Part shown: positions 61,936-63,106 of the stretch, in pieces
Layout of the letters: every line of letters begins with the position of its first letter
Position numbering within the stretch: the stretch's first letter is position 1
Source: an archaeon GW2011_AR19
GTDB lineage: Archaea > Nanobdellota > Nanobdellia > Pacearchaeales > GW2011-AR1
Direction of reading: 5' to 3'
DNA length: 63,106 nucleotides
Assembly (NCBI GenBank): GCA_000806015.1
Contig: JWKY01000007.1
Coordinates: 1 to 63,106 of the forward strand
Program-made: the position numbers and the translations under genes
Notes under the pieces: generated by a model
Told to the model about the DNA's origin: nothing
Databases searched by the model: none
The model's input: only the letters and a program-made list of their open reading frames with translations

Positions 61936-63030
61936 ATGAAAGACAGCAAAGTTGCATTGTTTATTTTTGTTGTAATTTTGTTAAGTAGTTTGGTTTCTGC
62001 AGTAGATGATTTTACAATTGGGGCTATAACTCCTTTGACTAAAGCGGAATATCAAGATGGAATAGCTAAGATGAAAGTGCTTATTACTTCAAATAATAAT
62101 ATTTGTGATCAAACTTGTGATTGGTCTACTAAAGACGATAATGGTCAATTTTCCTTACCTGATGAAAAAAATTATCAATTATCTTTTAATTCTCGTGCAA
62201 TTTTAAGTCAAGGAATAGTTACAGATACTTTAAGTATAACTTGTGATGAATCGGCACTTTTGTGTACGGGATCCCCAGAAACTAAAAGTCAAATTTTTTC
62301 TCATGACTATCCTTATCTTGGAGACAATCAATGTTTAACGAATAATAATAAAGAAGATTGCACAAAATCATTAAGTGATTGTCCTTGCACCTTGACGCCC
62401 GGTTCTAGTTGTATTAATGACAAAGGAGATCAAAATAGAATTTTAGATGTAAGAAAATGTGCGACGTGGTGTGGAAATGGAATAAAAGAGTTAACTTATG
62501 AAGCGTGCTCTAGCTGTCCCATTGATGTTGGTAAATGTGATTTAACGAGTTGTATTTTGGGAAGTGAATGTGAAGGGGGTTTTTGTGTACATGAAGTTTG
62601 TTGGAATAAACTTTATAGAGAGGGGGATAATTTTTGTGATATAAATCAAGAAAATTGTAAGAATTCTAATGATTGTGCCTGTAAAAATGATGAGTTATGT
62701 TCTAATACCGGCGTTTGTGAAAAACCAGAAACAAGCAAAGAAGAAATAACAGAAGCGGTTAAAAGTGGAGTTCAAGAAACATTAGAAGTTTCAAAAAGCA
62801 GACAAAAAAATGTCACAATTGGAGCCATTATATTAATTGTTTTGATTATTATTATTTACATGATCTATAAATTTATGAAAGGAAATAAAACTATATCAAA
62901 GAATGAAAATAAAAAAGAAAAATTTGATAAAAAAGCAAGAATTGCAGAATTAAAAAAAACAATAAAAGAACATAAAGCAAAAATTAAAGAACATAAAAAG
63001 AGATTAATTAAAGAAGGAAAAAAGAAATGA
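61936..63030 (+). CDS. Secreted cysteine-rich protein with C-terminal TM anchor and lysine-rich tail
   Basis: A signal peptide is followed by more than 30 cysteines in C-x-C, C-x3-C and similar patterns. It then has the TM segment IGAIILIVLIIIIYMIY and a K-rich tail. Confidence 0.55.
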   Translation: MKDSKVALFIFVVILLSSLVSAVDDFTIGAITPLTKAEYQDGIAKMKVLITSNNNICDQTCDWSTKDDNGQFSLPDEKNYQLSFNSRAILSQGIVTDTLSITCDESALLCTGSPETKSQIFSHDYPYLGDNQCLTNNNKEDCTKSLSDCPCTLTPGSSCINDKGDQNRILDVRKCATWCGNGIKELTYEACSSCPIDVGKCDLTSCILGSECEGGFCVHEVCWNKLYREGDNFCDINQENCKNSNDCACKNDELCSNTGVCEKPETSKEEITEAVKSGVQETLEVSKSRQKNVTIGAIILIVLIIIIYMIYKFMKGNKTISKNENKKEKFDKKARIAELKKTIKEHKAKIKEHKKRLIKEGKKK

Positions 63031-63106
63031 AATTCTCTGAGAAAGAGGTTGTTATTGGTATAATCTTTTTGGTAATTATTGGAGCTTTATTATTAAATTT
63101 ATTTTT
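63027..63106 (+). CDS. Start of a membrane protein gene (3' end lies outside window)
   Basis: The ATG overlaps the previous stop (ATGA), and translation gives MKFSEKEVVIGIIFLVIIGALLLNLF... Confidence 0.35.
   Translation, partial: MKFSEKEVVIGIIFLVIIGALLLNLF

Noticed and set aside
1-63106. Integrase, transposase, Cas or rRNA genes
   Set aside because: No ORF showed tyrosine- or serine-recombinase, DDE or Cas motifs by eye, and no rRNA-like conserved stretches were seen. Absence by eye is not proof and needs a profile search.

Overview
This is a strongly AT-rich archaeal chromosomal window. The archaeal call rests on DnaG primase, EF-1alpha, EF-2, RNA polymerase subunits H/B/A, NusA-KH, ribosomal proteins S12/S7/L10e/L35Ae, and tRNAs with canonical 37/38 introns. 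By inference it comes from a small-genome, DPANN-like lineage. All family calls come from motifs read by eye; no searches were run.

The backbone is the conserved rpoH-rpoB-rpoA ... nusA-S12-S7-EF2-EF1a block (about 11.4-28.5 kb, minus strand). It is repeatedly interrupted by accessory genes. The window also holds:
- at least 10 toxin-antitoxin-type modules (HicAB, RelE, MNT/HEPN, DUF4258/DUF2283-like) and NYN genes
- an m5C restriction-modification operon with Vsr
- a thiol-redox cluster (VKOR, DoxX, TrxB, glutaredoxin-like)
- a RecQ helicase and a CstA transporter
- a bacterial-type ECF sigma-70-like gene
- a pentameric ligand-gated ion-channel homolog
- a secreted/surface-protein island
- a tightly packed operon of nine unrecognisable small genes

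The most unusual structural signal recurs across the window. Termini of resident genes are present in two or three decayed, often synonymously recoded copies that bracket small cassettes. This applies to the smc tail, the rpoA tail, the 3' end of the 2565-3260 gene, the tatD 5' end, the rpoB start region and the 3' ends of all three tRNAs. The brackets lie alongside a mosaic family of GC-richer repeats built partly from tRNA T-arm fragments. No integrase or transposase is visible in the window.

Other candidates for novel biology:
- two paralogous two-gene cassettes of about 85-93 aa proteins, one inside the RNAP operon and one inside an r-protein operon
- an unsplit rpoA
- a duplicated rpoB initiation region that creates a uORF
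- 49-nt repeats in inverted pairs flanking the L10e/L35Ae segment
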